This document shows positions 48,755 to 59,039 of a DNA stretch of 64,000 nt, piece after piece. The notes under the pieces were generated by a model. The model saw only the letters and a program-made list of their open reading frames with translations, was not told where the DNA came from and did no database searches. Each line of letters begins with the position of its first letter. Position 1 is the stretch's first letter. The stretch lies in NCBI GenBank assembly GCA_963778115.1, contig CAVZSV010000004.1:256001-320000 (forward strand), written 5' to 3'. This DNA is from an uncultured delta proteobacterium. GTDB lineage: Bacteria; Bdellovibrionota; FAC87; UBA2466. A program made the position numbers and the translations under genes.

Positions 48755-50146
48755 TCAAACCAAAGTATCGAGTCTGCGACGTTGTTGAAGGGCGGAAGGC
48801 GCCCAAGCTGCCAACAGGTAAAGAAAAGGATAAAACGGGAAGTTGCGTCGTTCTTCTCCCATCGCAGTATAAGCTCCCGCTACCGTATAGACGATCAAGG
48901 CTAAGACAATAAAGATAGCAATCGGGTTTCTCGATCGTAAGGCGTGAAATGAAAAGTAAGCGAAAAGGATTAACTCGGCCGCATGAAATCCCAAGAGAGC
49001 CAAATCGCAAACTAATTCGTATCGAATTTTTGCTTCAAGCTCGTGCCGTTGAATTAGCGAGCTCCATCCTGCCGAAAAGAGATCAGGTCTCCACCAAGGG
49101 GCGATATTCATCCACTGCGTCACCGCTCTAATCGCGGGCAGTTTCACATAGTAGGAAAAGAGATTCTCTTTTTTTCGCTGATTGGCTAATGTTTTCCACT
49201 GGACATCGGCTTGGTCCCAGCTCAGTTTTCCGGCTTGGCGATCGCTCACAAGCTCAAGAACTTTGCTTTTTTCCTCGGCGCTTGAAAAGGCATAGCTCGG
49301 GGCCGTTTTTAAAGTTTGCGGCATCCACAGATAAGAAATATGCCCTTCGTGCCGACTCCACGTTCGGAGCCATAGATTAAATCCACCTTGGAAATCGTTT
49401 TGCGGAAGTGCAAAGTAAATCCCAGGTTGCAACCTACCTGTCTGTTCCCAGCAAAATTTCTGCCAAGGAGCAATAACAATAAATCCTCCCAGCCAGAGAG
49501 CGCCTACAGCTCGAGGATTTAAACGCGATAAAAAGCTCAGTATCAAGAAGAGTCCCGCTACCAGTAGCAGCGTTGCCGGAGTCGTCATGAGCAAGACGGA
49601 GGAAGTCAATCCCAGTAGGAAAAGTAGTTCGGGTTGAGTGCGATTTCTTTCGTATATCGAAAGACAGTAGACCACGATACTCGACAAGAAGATCGAGAAG
49701 GTCTCTGAAAGAAGCTGCTGAAGCATACGGCCGGTAAAGGGAGAGGCGCACATAAGAAGGACAGCAACTACGGCCATGACCTTATGATGTTTTCGAAGCG
49801 CTATGTAGACCAAGTAACAGGATATCGTCGACAAGACGAACTGCACCCAGTAGACCGCTTCAACATTATGGAATAGCCGTAAAACCGCAGCCAGAAAAAT
49901 GGGATAACCCGGAGGGGGAGAAATGCCGACTCCGCCGGGCCAACTATAACGATGTCCGGATAGCAATCCTTCTGCCTGTTCGAAATAGCGTTGGGCGTCT
50001 CCGCTGCCTCCGCTCCGGTGCAGTAACATGTAAAAAAGGCGAAATGCAGGCGGGACCACTACCAACCAAAGAGGCAACGAGCCCACGTACTCAATAGCTC
50101 GACGCAATTTGTGAGGCAGAGCCAGCTGCTCCGTGCGGCTAACCAA
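48755..50146 (-). CDS. GT-C fold membrane glycosyltransferase (ArnT/PMT-like)
   Basis: D...Y, PPGYPIFLA, LLSE motifs; many TM helices; adjacent to an epimerase. Confidence 0.65.
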   Translation of the reverse strand: MVSRTEQLALPHKLRRAIEYVGSLPLWLVVVPPAFRLFYMLLHRSGGSGDAQRYFEQAEGLLSGHRYSWPGGVGISPPPGYPIFLAAVLRLFHNVEAVYWVQFVLSTISCYLVYIALRKHHKVMAVVAVLLMCASPFTGRMLQQLLSETFSIFLSSIVVYCLSIYERNRTQPELLFLLGLTSSVLLMTTPATLLLVAGLFLILSFLSRLNPRAVGALWLGGFIVIAPWQKFCWEQTGRLQPGIYFALPQNDFQGGFNLWLRTWSRHEGHISYLWMPQTLKTAPSYAFSSAEEKSKVLELVSDRQAGKLSWDQADVQWKTLANQRKKENLFSYYVKLPAIRAVTQWMNIAPWWRPDLFSAGWSSLIQRHELEAKIRYELVCDLALLGFHAAELILFAYFSFHALRSRNPIAIFIVLALIVYTVAGAYTAMGEERRNFPFYPFLYLLAAWAPSALQQRRRLDTLV

Positions 50147-50265
50147 GAGATCCCCCCGTAATTTCAGATGTTCTCAGATGACAAATGATCTCAAAAGACA
50201 AAGACCTACCTTAAGTTATCGGTTTTTTTTTTACTTCTCTGGAGGGTTAGGGTTAAACGAGCTAC

Positions 50266-51855
50266 ATGGCGAACCAGCAACCGTTAGCAGTTAACACACT
50301 AGGTCAAATTGGACTTCCTGAGCCGGTCAGCTCCTTGGCGAAACGCCATTGGGATGCCCTTATTATCGGGGCGGGGCATAACGGCCTTGCTTGTGCTACC
50401 TACTTAGCCAAAGCGGGGAAAAAAGTGTTAGTCCTGGAATCCAGAGATCGCGTTGGTGGCGCCAATACGATGGAAGAGGTCTATCCGGGAGTCGTAATGT
50501 CTCCGTGCGCTTATGTAGTGGGGCTCTTGCATCCCTTGGTTTTGACGGAACTAGGAATGAAGCAAAAAGGTTTTCGTTGGATTCCCGCCACAGGCGGATC
50601 GTTTATTCCGTTTGAAGACGGCACGAGTCTACGCCTTCCCTATGATGACGACGAATGCAGCCAAGCGGTCAAATCCTTTGCACCCGAAGATGTCCAAGGA
50701 TGGAAAGCGATGCATGAATTGCAAAGTGATCTACGTGCCGCTCTTCGCCCCCCGGGGCCCAATGACATTTGGATAGGCCCCTCGCTCACTCGAGAGCAGA
50801 TCGAAACTCGTATCCGTCATATTCCCAACGGCAGCAAGTTGATGTTTGAATGGTCGATGGTGGAGTTTCTCGAGCATTATCTTAAGAACGAAAAGATGCA
50901 GATGGCCTATTTGGGCCAAGGAATTATTGGAACCAAAGCTAGTCCTCACGATCCGGGAACGGCTTATATCAACTTTCATCATACTTGCGGAACGATGGAC
51001 GGCGAAGCGGGTACTTGGGGCTATGTCGTCGGCGGAATGGGTATGGTTTCTTTTCTGTTGGCCGACATCGCGCGTGAGGCAGGGGTGGCGATTGCCACCG
51101 GAGTTCGAGTAAGTGAAATTCTTCCCGGAGAAGGGGTTCGTCTTGAAGGGGGAGAAAAAATAATAAGTCCCGTGGTCATTTCCAACGCGGATCCCAAATC
51201 AACCCTTCGACTCCTGGGAAGCCGTGCCGAGAATGGCTGGCAAAAGCGGGTTGAACAAATTCCCATGGAAGGCTGTACGGTCAAAGTAAATGCCGTGCTA
51301 AGCGAGCTGCCAAATTTTAAGTCGCGACCTGGAACCAAAGAGCCTCACCATTTCGGACATATCAATACGCCGCTTACCAAAAGTGGGTTTCAAGAATGTT
51401 TCGAAGTTTCCGAGCGGGGGGAATTAGCTGACCAACTTTGGACCGAGATCTATTTACAAACCCCTCACGATCCGAGTGTTGCCCCTTCTGGGCTCCACAC
51501 GATGAGCGTTTTCGCCCAGTATGTCCCCTACCATTTCAAACAGGGGACTTGGGACGACCATCGGGAAAAGGTCGGAGACAGAGTGATTGAGTCGATCGCA
51601 AAATATTGCACGAACCTTCCTCAGGCGATTCTCCACAGAGATGTCTTGGGGCCTCCAGATATAGAATCAAAGTTGGGGCTGACCGGAGGCCATATCTTTC
51701 ACGGAGAGGTACTGCCGTCGAATATGTGGGACCGGCGATTAGACGCCCGCACTCCCATGCCGGGGGTCTTTCTATGTGGAGCAGGCACTCATCCTGGCGG
51801 GAGTGTGATGGGGATTAATGGGAGAAATGCGGCGATGGCGGTTTTGGGGGCTTAA
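50266..51855 (+). CDS. Phytoene-dehydrogenase-like FAD oxidoreductase
   Basis: IIGAGHNGL.CA.YLA, GGMG, DPSVAP.G.H, GGHIFHG, CGAGTHPGGSVMG..GRNAA. Confidence 0.88.
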   Translation: MANQQPLAVNTLGQIGLPEPVSSLAKRHWDALIIGAGHNGLACATYLAKAGKKVLVLESRDRVGGANTMEEVYPGVVMSPCAYVVGLLHPLVLTELGMKQKGFRWIPATGGSFIPFEDGTSLRLPYDDDECSQAVKSFAPEDVQGWKAMHELQSDLRAALRPPGPNDIWIGPSLTREQIETRIRHIPNGSKLMFEWSMVEFLEHYLKNEKMQMAYLGQGIIGTKASPHDPGTAYINFHHTCGTMDGEAGTWGYVVGGMGMVSFLLADIAREAGVAIATGVRVSEILPGEGVRLEGGEKIISPVVISNADPKSTLRLLGSRAENGWQKRVEQIPMEGCTVKVNAVLSELPNFKSRPGTKEPHHFGHINTPLTKSGFQECFEVSERGELADQLWTEIYLQTPHDPSVAPSGLHTMSVFAQYVPYHFKQGTWDDHREKVGDRVIESIAKYCTNLPQAILHRDVLGPPDIESKLGLTGGHIFHGEVLPSNMWDRRLDARTPMPGVFLCGAGTHPGGSVMGINGRNAAMAVLGA

Positions 51856-52040
51856 TCCTTCAGCCTTAGGGATTCCACGACGCAGGTGCATGGTGAAAAC
51901 GCGCATGCAAAAAGACTGTCATTTCGAGCAACAGAAGCGGAGCGACTCAACGAAGCAATCTGTAGAACAAAAGGACTGCGACACCACTTAGGCACTGTAA
52001 GAATTCAGCTGCTTAACCGCGACGTTAATGCACCCCCTCT

Positions 52041-52655
52041 TCAAATCCCCGCAAACCGCTGCCTAATAATCCTCTCTACCCTCTCCTGATACTCCGGATA
52101 AAGGACCTGCGCGTAGCCTCTTAACTGAACAATCACTTCCCCGTTTCCCTTTGTCAGTCGCGGAACGTCTTCTAACTTTTGCAAGATCTCAACCCCAGCC
52201 TCCATCGCGTAAACGGTGCCGTGAACTTGATCGAGATACGACAATATCGCAAGCGCCGTCCTTAAATTTTTCATAATGGAGAAGACCCGTGGTCTGGGAT
52301 CAAATTCTCGACTTACTTTGGAAAATATTTTTTCGTGCCGTTTGGGATTTGCCCCAAAAACTAAAATGTAGACAAGAAGTCTCTGATCGAGACCGGGGCT
52401 ATTTAATATTTGAGGAGATCGTCGTTCAAACGTGGCTTCATCGGTTTCATCGAGCCACCCCACCGAATCTTGAAGCAAAATACCGGGAGTCAGAACGGCG
52501 ACACCCTCTTCATCGATATTTTTGACATCTCCCGTCCAAGCCGAGGCAATAAGCCTAGCTTTGCAAAGGACGTCAGCTTCCAGAGCCGCCGCTCCCCCGG
52601 CCTCGCTAAGCAGGCCACACGAGATGACAAGCACTATAAACATTCGGATTTGCAT
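52041..52655 (-). CDS. Hypothetical secreted protein
   Basis: Hydrophobic N-terminus; 204-aa ORF filling the gap; no recognised domain. Confidence 0.55.
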   Translation of the reverse strand: MQIRMFIVLVISCGLLSEAGGAAALEADVLCKARLIASAWTGDVKNIDEEGVAVLTPGILLQDSVGWLDETDEATFERRSPQILNSPGLDQRLLVYILVFGANPKRHEKIFSKVSREFDPRPRVFSIMKNLRTALAILSYLDQVHGTVYAMEAGVEILQKLEDVPRLTKGNGEVIVQLRGYAQVLYPEYQERVERIIRQRFAGI

Positions 52656-52735
52656 CGAGCCGCTAAACCTACCACAAGTCTCCCGTCACTTGCTAGCCTT
52701 ACGCAAGCCTGGTAGAAGGCTCGACTGAGGTAAAC

Positions 52736-53737
52736 GTGAACATTCATCCATTTATTGTCGGTAGCGGCTCCTCATCAGCAGCCATGCAGAAAGCACTCTT
52801 TACCGTGGCGCTACTCAATCCCCAGTGGAAGATGATGCCAGCTCGAAAGATCGCCCGAGGCGAAAAGCTCCCTAAACCGAATTCGAGTGCCACTGATCTG
52901 TCTTTGCTCTGTCTCGCCAATCCCCATGCTCTTCATGCTAAGGGTTTGAAACAGGCCGCTGAGATGGGATTTCGAGCCATTCTCTGCGAGAAACCGGTCT
53001 GCGTATCGTTAGAGGAAGTTTCCCAACTTCGTCAATTCCCTCCGCAAATCGAAGTCGGAGTTTGCCACGGCTATCGAGTGATGTGGGGACCCAAAGAGTT
53101 ACGACGATTGATCGTAAGCGCAGAGATGGGAAAAATTATCAGCATCGAGGGGAGGTATTGGCAATCCTCTGCCGCCCAGAAAGCATTGCTAGCACAGCCT
53201 CCCTCTTTAAATTGGAAAAATGATACGGCCCTCTCTGGAAAATACGACGTCGTCACCGATTTGGGATCGCACTGGACCGATCTGATGTTTTTTCTAGCCG
53301 GTGAAAAGTGCCAAACGGCCAGTGGCTGGAAATCTTATATTAACAGCGAAGTATCCCACAGGGACACCCATGTCCATCTCACTTTAGATTTTGCGACAGT
53401 GGGAAAGACCTTTGGCTCCATTTCCAAAACCGTACACGGAAGAGGAAATCATCTTGAAGTGAATGTCATCGGAGAGAAATTGTGTGCGAGCTGGTCGTTC
53501 GAAGATCCCGATACGCTACGGATTGGCCGAGGAGACCAGACCCATTGGCGAAGCCGACCAAGAGAGGCGAAAGTAGGTTCCGGGCAGTCCCCTTTTCACG
53601 GGATGGGCTGGCTAGAAGGATATGTGGAGATAGCCCACCAGCTTCTGCGAAAGGCCACCGGAGAGTCTTCCACTGACTTTCCCTCTCTGGGCCAAGCGCT
53701 TGATGTCATCGAGACCCTCCTTAGAATAAGCATGTAA
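52736..53737 (+). CDS. Gfo/Idh/MocA-family oxidoreductase
   Basis: ILCEKP, DLGSHW.DL. Confidence 0.8.
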   Translation: MNIHPFIVGSGSSSAAMQKALFTVALLNPQWKMMPARKIARGEKLPKPNSSATDLSLLCLANPHALHAKGLKQAAEMGFRAILCEKPVCVSLEEVSQLRQFPPQIEVGVCHGYRVMWGPKELRRLIVSAEMGKIISIEGRYWQSSAAQKALLAQPPSLNWKNDTALSGKYDVVTDLGSHWTDLMFFLAGEKCQTASGWKSYINSEVSHRDTHVHLTLDFATVGKTFGSISKTVHGRGNHLEVNVIGEKLCASWSFEDPDTLRIGRGDQTHWRSRPREAKVGSGQSPFHGMGWLEGYVEIAHQLLRKATGESSTDFPSLGQALDVIETLLRISM

Positions 53738-53793
53738 TTTTAATTAGTTAACTTGAGGACTCAAGTTACGACGCACAGCACCGAAAAGTAAGG

Positions 53794-54690
53794 GTGCAAA
53801 ACTTCTATGACATTTTGGGAGTGCCTCCGACGGCTAGCACCAAAGAGATTCGTTGGGCCTATCGTAGACTCGCGTTTGTCTGCCATCCCGATCGTAATCC
53901 GAGTGATCCCAGTAGTGATGAAATCTTGAAGTTAGCCAATGAGGCTTACCACACGCTAGTCGATCCGCTTACACGCGAAAAATACGACGCTGCTATCTTG
54001 GGAAATCAAGAGCGTTCAGAAGAAGGGCTGACCTCTGCAATGGCCTATCGGGGAGAAACTTTCGCGGGATCCACATCGCTCTTTGGAATAGGAGTCAAAG
54101 AGACGGCACTGTTGTCCTTAACTCTTCTGGGAGCTTTCCCCGTCATTTTTCTTTCCGATCTCTTTCTTCCTCAAGTGACGTTTCTGACCTCACTCTTTGA
54201 AGTCTGGGGGGTGACCTTGCTGGCCGGAGGATTTAGTCGCGCCAGTGCCTTACGCCACGGACTTTCACGAATTGAACTTGGCCTTGCGGGTTTAGTGGGA
54301 GGACTGCTGACGTCCACCCTCTTATTTCATCCCCAAGACGAATTTCTCCCCTTCTTGGCCATCACAAAGATTGCGCTAGCGGCAGGAGTCGGAGGCTGGC
54401 TGTCGGGAATGATTGCCGCCAGAGTTTCAGGGCGTCTCGTCCCCAAACCTCTCATGGTGACTTTGGGAGTGGCCACTTTACTCGGAGCCTTGATGGGTGC
54501 TTTTACTGGTGGTTTCGCTTCCTATCTTTTGAGCAGTGGAGCACTCAACGAATATTTGATCAACGCCCTTAGTCCCGGGCAGACTCCCTCCGACTATGCG
54601 GCATTTCTTTTGGGGGCCATAGGCGGAGCGACCGGTGGTTCGGTTCTCGCGACCACTCTTTGCTGCAAAGCCCTCACGGGCGATCCCTAA
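53794..54690 (+). CDS. J-domain (DnaJ-like) protein with multi-pass membrane C-terminus
   Basis: YDILGV, AYRRLA..HPD, NEAY.TL.DP..R.KYD, then Gly-rich TM helices. Confidence 0.8.
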   Translation: MQNFYDILGVPPTASTKEIRWAYRRLAFVCHPDRNPSDPSSDEILKLANEAYHTLVDPLTREKYDAAILGNQERSEEGLTSAMAYRGETFAGSTSLFGIGVKETALLSLTLLGAFPVIFLSDLFLPQVTFLTSLFEVWGVTLLAGGFSRASALRHGLSRIELGLAGLVGGLLTSTLLFHPQDEFLPFLAITKIALAAGVGGWLSGMIAARVSGRLVPKPLMVTLGVATLLGALMGAFTGGFASYLLSSGALNEYLINALSPGQTPSDYAAFLLGAIGGATGGSVLATTLCCKALTGDP

Positions 54691-54693
54691 GCT

Positions 54694-55242
54694 TTAGAAA
54701 CCTAGTTGAAGACGGGCGGCTTCCGACATCATGCTTCGATCCCAGGGCGGCTCAAACGTCACGTCAACCTTTACCCCTTCTACTCCCGGGAGCGATTGGA
54801 CTTTACGCTCAATATCGCTTCGTAGGATATCTCCCATCCCGCATCCAGGGGCTGTCAGCGTAAATTGGACTTCCACCTGAAATTTACCCGAATCCGTAGC
54901 AGTGGCCCGGCAGACATAGACAAGTCCCAGATCAACCATGTTCACCGGAATCTCAGGATCGTAACAAGTCTTTAACTGTTCCCAAACGTGTGATTCCATC
55001 TGCTGCGCGGAAGCAGCTACCGGCGTCTCTACGATATTCTGTCCCGGGGTCTTGCCGATAGCATCAGCATCTCGATCGTCGATTCTGACCATCGCCCCCC
55101 AATCCGTAATAAGCGTATAGGTTCCTCCCAGAGCCTGCGATACGCGAACGGTGGAACCCGCGGTCAGCCGCAGTTTTTCGCCGCCCGGAATCTGAATGAC
55201 ATCGCAATCACGCGTTAACTGAATAGGTGGTTCGTAACTCAT
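54694..55242 (-). CDS. sufT: Fe-S cluster assembly protein SufT (long form)
   Basis: QALGG.YT, YDPEIPVN.VDLGLVY, TLTAPGCGMG, FEPPW..MMSEAARLQLG. Confidence 0.9.
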   Translation of the reverse strand: MSYEPPIQLTRDCDVIQIPGGEKLRLTAGSTVRVSQALGGTYTLITDWGAMVRIDDRDADAIGKTPGQNIVETPVAASAQQMESHVWEQLKTCYDPEIPVNMVDLGLVYVCRATATDSGKFQVEVQFTLTAPGCGMGDILRSDIERKVQSLPGVEGVKVDVTFEPPWDRSMMSEAARLQLGF

Positions 55243-55251
55243 TCTGTAACT

Positions 55252-55698
55252 TCACTCGGTCGAAACCGGCTCCTCTTTGGAATCTAAAGCTGCTTTTAAC
55301 GTATGCCAGGCGAGACTCGCGCACTTTACCCGCGCCGGAAATTCCGCGACCCCGGCAAAGACATCGAGCTTTCCCATACTCTCGGCATTCGGCGCCTCTT
55401 TTCCACTAACCATATTTCTAAAGCGCTCAAATAGTTGAAGTGCCTCTTGCTGGGTCTTTCCCTTTATGACTGTCGTCATAATTGATGCCGAGGCTTTGGA
55501 GATTGCACACCCGGAGCCCTGAAAAGCGGCTTCAGTAATCTTATCGCCTTCTAATTTTAGAGCGATGGTCAATTTGTCACCACAAAGCGGATTGTGGCCC
55601 GCGGCAAAACGATCGGGATTTTTAATCTCTACGTAGTTTCTTGGACTCTTGTTATGGTCCAAAATAACTTCTTGATAAAGTTCTCTGACAGAACTCAT
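55252..55698 (-). CDS. sufU: SUF system NifU-family sulfur-transfer protein
   Basis: LYQEVILDH, NPLCGD, GCAISKAS, RVKCA.LAW. Confidence 0.93.
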   Translation of the reverse strand: MSSVRELYQEVILDHNKSPRNYVEIKNPDRFAAGHNPLCGDKLTIALKLEGDKITEAAFQGSGCAISKASASIMTTVIKGKTQQEALQLFERFRNMVSGKEAPNAESMGKLDVFAGVAEFPARVKCASLAWHTLKAALDSKEEPVSTE

Positions 55699-56960
55699 TT
55701 TTCAAAGACCCCTTTCACCCGATAGATCGCTTCCACCAGCTTATCTATCTCAGCTTTAGTGTTGTAAAAGGAGAATGACGCTCTACAGGTCGCCGCTATT
55801 TGAAATCTGTCCATCACCGGTTGAGCGCAATGGTGTCCAGTGCGGATGGCAATTCCCTCTTCGTCCAGCAAGGAGCCAACGTCGTGAGGGTGAATATCCC
55901 CCACCAAAAAGGAAAGGACCGCCGCTTTCTTGGCCGCCGTTCCGATTAAGCGAATGCCGGGAATCGACTCAAGTTTAGAAGTTGCGTATTCGAGCAATTC
56001 ATTTTCATAGTGAGCGATATTTTCCAGACCCAATTTTTCCAAGTAGTCCACCGCCGCCCCCATTCCAATACCACCTGCGATATGAGGAGTTCCGGCTTCA
56101 AACTTATAGGGCAAGCCATTATAGGTGGTGCGCTCAAAGGTGACTGAGCTAATCATATCTCCTCCACCTTGGTACGGCGGCATTTTCTCTAAAAGAGCCG
56201 CTTTACCGTACAAGACTCCAACACCGGTAGGGCCATACATTTTGTGGCTCGAAAAAACATAAAAGTCGCAGTCCAGTCGGGAAACGTCCACTTTCGCATG
56301 GGGAACGGCTTGAGCCCCGTCGATAAGGACCGGAATCTTTCGTCGATGGGCCCCCGCAATGATATCTTCAATGGGATTGATGCTACCTAACGCATTGGAC
56401 ACATGGGCCACCGCCACGAGCTTCGTTCGCCCAGTCAAAAGTCTTTCGTACTCCGACATCTCAAGCTCGCCATTGTCATTCATGGGAATGATAACGAGCT
56501 TTGCCCCCTTTTCCTCGCAGAGCATCTGCCAAGGAACGATGTTGGAATGATGTTCGAGTGCAGAGACTAAGATCTCATCATTTCGACCGACATTCATTCG
56601 TCCATACGACGAAGCCACCAGATTGATCCCTTCCGTGGCTCCCCTCACAAAAATAATCTCGCGCGACTCTTTGGCGTTAATAAAACGACGAATCTTTTCC
56701 CGCGACTCTTCATAATGACGGGTAGCTCTTTCGCTAAGGGTATGCACTCCGCGATGAATGTTAGAACAGTCTTCGGCATAAAATCGCGATACCGTCTCAA
56801 TGACGGACATCGGTTTCTGACTAGTAGCCGCATTATCAAAATAGACGAGCGGTTTTTGATGGACTTTCTGAGCAAGTGCCGGAAAGTCACGCCGTATCTG
56901 AGCTATATCAAGAGAGGTCGAAAAAGGCGCTGCACTGGAATTTCTTGGATTAGCCGACAT
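55695..56960 (-). CDS. sufS: Cysteine desulfurase SufS
   Basis: DNAATSQKP, EHHSN, SSHKMYGPTG, RTGHHCA. Confidence 0.95.
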   Translation of the reverse strand: MSANPRNSSAAPFSTSLDIAQIRRDFPALAQKVHQKPLVYFDNAATSQKPMSVIETVSRFYAEDCSNIHRGVHTLSERATRHYEESREKIRRFINAKESREIIFVRGATEGINLVASSYGRMNVGRNDEILVSALEHHSNIVPWQMLCEEKGAKLVIIPMNDNGELEMSEYERLLTGRTKLVAVAHVSNALGSINPIEDIIAGAHRRKIPVLIDGAQAVPHAKVDVSRLDCDFYVFSSHKMYGPTGVGVLYGKAALLEKMPPYQGGGDMISSVTFERTTYNGLPYKFEAGTPHIAGGIGMGAAVDYLEKLGLENIAHYENELLEYATSKLESIPGIRLIGTAAKKAAVLSFLVGDIHPHDVGSLLDEEGIAIRTGHHCAQPVMDRFQIAATCRASFSFYNTKAEIDKLVEAIYRVKGVFEK

Positions 56961-58263
56961 TTGCCCCCATCCCTTCCGCGTTAAGTACCGCCTGGACTCG
57001 ATGCGATAGCGCTTCACGGAGTTCGGAGTTTGAAACCTGCTCAAGCATTTCCGAAGCAAAAGCAACCGTGAGCATATGCCTTGCTTCACCGACCGAAATT
57101 CCCCGCGATCGCAAGTAAAACAGAGCCTCTTCATCCATACGCCCTACGGTAGCCCCGTGGCTGCACTTCACGTCGTTAGCCAAAATTTCTAATTGCGGTT
57201 TGGTATTGATCTGAGCATCCGTCGAAAGGAGCAAATTACGACTCATCTGCTTGGCATCGGTCTTCTGAGCGTCTTTTCGAACGATGACCTTTCCCTGGAA
57301 GACACCGGTCGATTTTTCCTGGAGTATCCCCTTATAGAGTTCGGTGCTCGACGTCTGTGGGACTGAATGATCCACCACCGTGTAATGATCTAAATGACGC
57401 TCTTTATTACCCACAAAAAGGCCGTTAAGCCGGCAGCTGGCTCCTTCCCCGTCCAAATAAGAGCTGATTTCACTTCGAGCAAGTTGAGCTCCCAAGGCAA
57501 ATACGTTCGAACAAAACCTAGAATCCTTATCCTGGGTCACCTTAATTTCCGAGTAGTGGGTAGCCTCGAGAGATTCGTCTTGGATCTTGTGATGTGTCAG
57601 TTGACTATTCTCTCCCAGAAACACTTCCGAAATTCCATTCGTAAAATAGCAACCGGAATTAGCCGATACATAATTTTCAATCAGTACCAGTTCGCTGTTT
57701 TTTTCGACGATCACAAGGACTCTGGGATAGGTCACAATGGGCTTTTCCCCTGACTTCGTATCGGTGGCAAAAACCAGCTCCACAGGCAAATCCGCGACGG
57801 TACCCTTTTCCACATGAATGATGAGACCATCTTGAAAAGCGGCCAAATTGAGCGCTGACAGAGAACTATCTTCTTTGCGTAAGAGGCTGCCCAGCAAAGA
57901 ACTCACTTCAAAACGATCGTGCGCAGTAGAGACTCGCCAAAGCGAGATTCCCTGAGCAAGTTTAGGAGCCTGCCCGACCGGAAAACCGTTGAGCACTATC
58001 TGCCGCGTCGACGTCTTTTCCGAGAGAAGTGCAAGTTTTCCCCATGCGGGATCAAAATCCTTTCTAACTTGCGACGTTTGAAATTTTAAACCAGAGATAG
58101 TGCGAAGGCTCGTATAGCGCCACGATTCTTGTTTCGTCGTGGGTAGCCCCTCAGCCTGGTATCTTTCCAACGCGGCTTCCCGCCTCTCTTTGAGATCGTT
58201 AGGCTCAGTGGCGTCGATCTGAGGTTCGGGAAAGCCATCATAATAGGGAGCCATCGTCGTCAT
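56950..58263 (-). CDS. sufD: Fe-S cluster assembly protein SufD
   Basis: ESWRYT, AQKTDA.Q..RNLLLS, KPQLEI.ANDVKCSHGAT, FYLRSRGI. Confidence 0.93.
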   Translation of the reverse strand: MTTMAPYYDGFPEPQIDATEPNDLKERREAALERYQAEGLPTTKQESWRYTSLRTISGLKFQTSQVRKDFDPAWGKLALLSEKTSTRQIVLNGFPVGQAPKLAQGISLWRVSTAHDRFEVSSLLGSLLRKEDSSLSALNLAAFQDGLIIHVEKGTVADLPVELVFATDTKSGEKPIVTYPRVLVIVEKNSELVLIENYVSANSGCYFTNGISEVFLGENSQLTHHKIQDESLEATHYSEIKVTQDKDSRFCSNVFALGAQLARSEISSYLDGEGASCRLNGLFVGNKERHLDHYTVVDHSVPQTSSTELYKGILQEKSTGVFQGKVIVRKDAQKTDAKQMSRNLLLSTDAQINTKPQLEILANDVKCSHGATVGRMDEEALFYLRSRGISVGEARHMLTVAFASEMLEQVSNSELREALSHRVQAVLNAEGMGANVG

Positions 58264-59021
58264 CGAGACACCGCTTTTGGCTTTTCCAAATATTCGTCAT
58301 AACCCCGCGCTTCCAGTTCCAAAGCTAGCTCACGGCCTCCGGATTTTAGAATTTTCCCGCCACCTAATACATGTACGTAGTCGGGAACGATATAATCGAG
58401 CAGTCTCTGGTAATGGGTAATGACGAGAAAGGAACGCTTGGCATTTCTAAGCGCATTGACCCCGGAGGCGACCGTCTTTAATGCATCGATGTCTAGTCCA
58501 GAATCCGTCTCATCTAAAATAGAGAGCTTAGGCTCAAGCATCGCCATCTGAAAAATTTCATTCCGCTTTTTCTCGCCACCGGAGAAGCCGGAATTGACCG
58601 CGCGATCCATAAGGTCTCTTCCTAACTCCACCAACTTCATCTTTTCTTTGGCAAGGGCCAAGAACTCCACCGCGTCTAACTCTTCCTGATGCTGGTGCTT
58701 GCGAATGGCATTAACGGCCGCTTTTAAGAAGTACATATTGCCGACACCGGCAATCTCAACGGGATACTGGAAAGCCAAAAACACTCCCTCTCGGGCGCGC
58801 TCTTCGGGCGGTAATTTGAGTAAGTCTTTCCCCTCGAATAAGACCTCTCCTTTAGTCACATGATAATTCTCTCGTCCCGCAAGCACATGCGCCAGAGTAC
58901 TTTTCCCAGAGCCGTTTGGCCCCATGATGGCGTGCACTTCGCCGGCTTTTACTTCCAGATTGAGTCCCTTTAGGATTTCTCTGTCGCCCACCTTAGCGTG
59001 CAAATTTCGAATCGATAACAT
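58260..59021 (-). CDS. sufC: Fe-S cluster assembly ATPase SufC
   Basis: GPNGSGKST, FQYPVEI, FSGGEKKRNE, LDETDSGLDIDA, ITHYQRLL. Confidence 0.96.
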   Translation of the reverse strand: MLSIRNLHAKVGDREILKGLNLEVKAGEVHAIMGPNGSGKSTLAHVLAGRENYHVTKGEVLFEGKDLLKLPPEERAREGVFLAFQYPVEIAGVGNMYFLKAAVNAIRKHQHQEELDAVEFLALAKEKMKLVELGRDLMDRAVNSGFSGGEKKRNEIFQMAMLEPKLSILDETDSGLDIDALKTVASGVNALRNAKRSFLVITHYQRLLDYIVPDYVHVLGGGKILKSGGRELALELEARGYDEYLEKPKAVSR

Positions 59022-59039
59022 ACCTACTCCTAACAAAAA

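Noticed and set aside
50266..51855. Carotenoid biosynthesis gene crtI
   Set aside because: Motifs fit the broader uncharacterised phytoene-dehydrogenase-like family; no crt genes nearby
12181..54690. Defined integrative island or prophage at tRNA-Tyr
   Set aside because: No integrase, phage genes or duplicate of the tRNA 3' end found in the window
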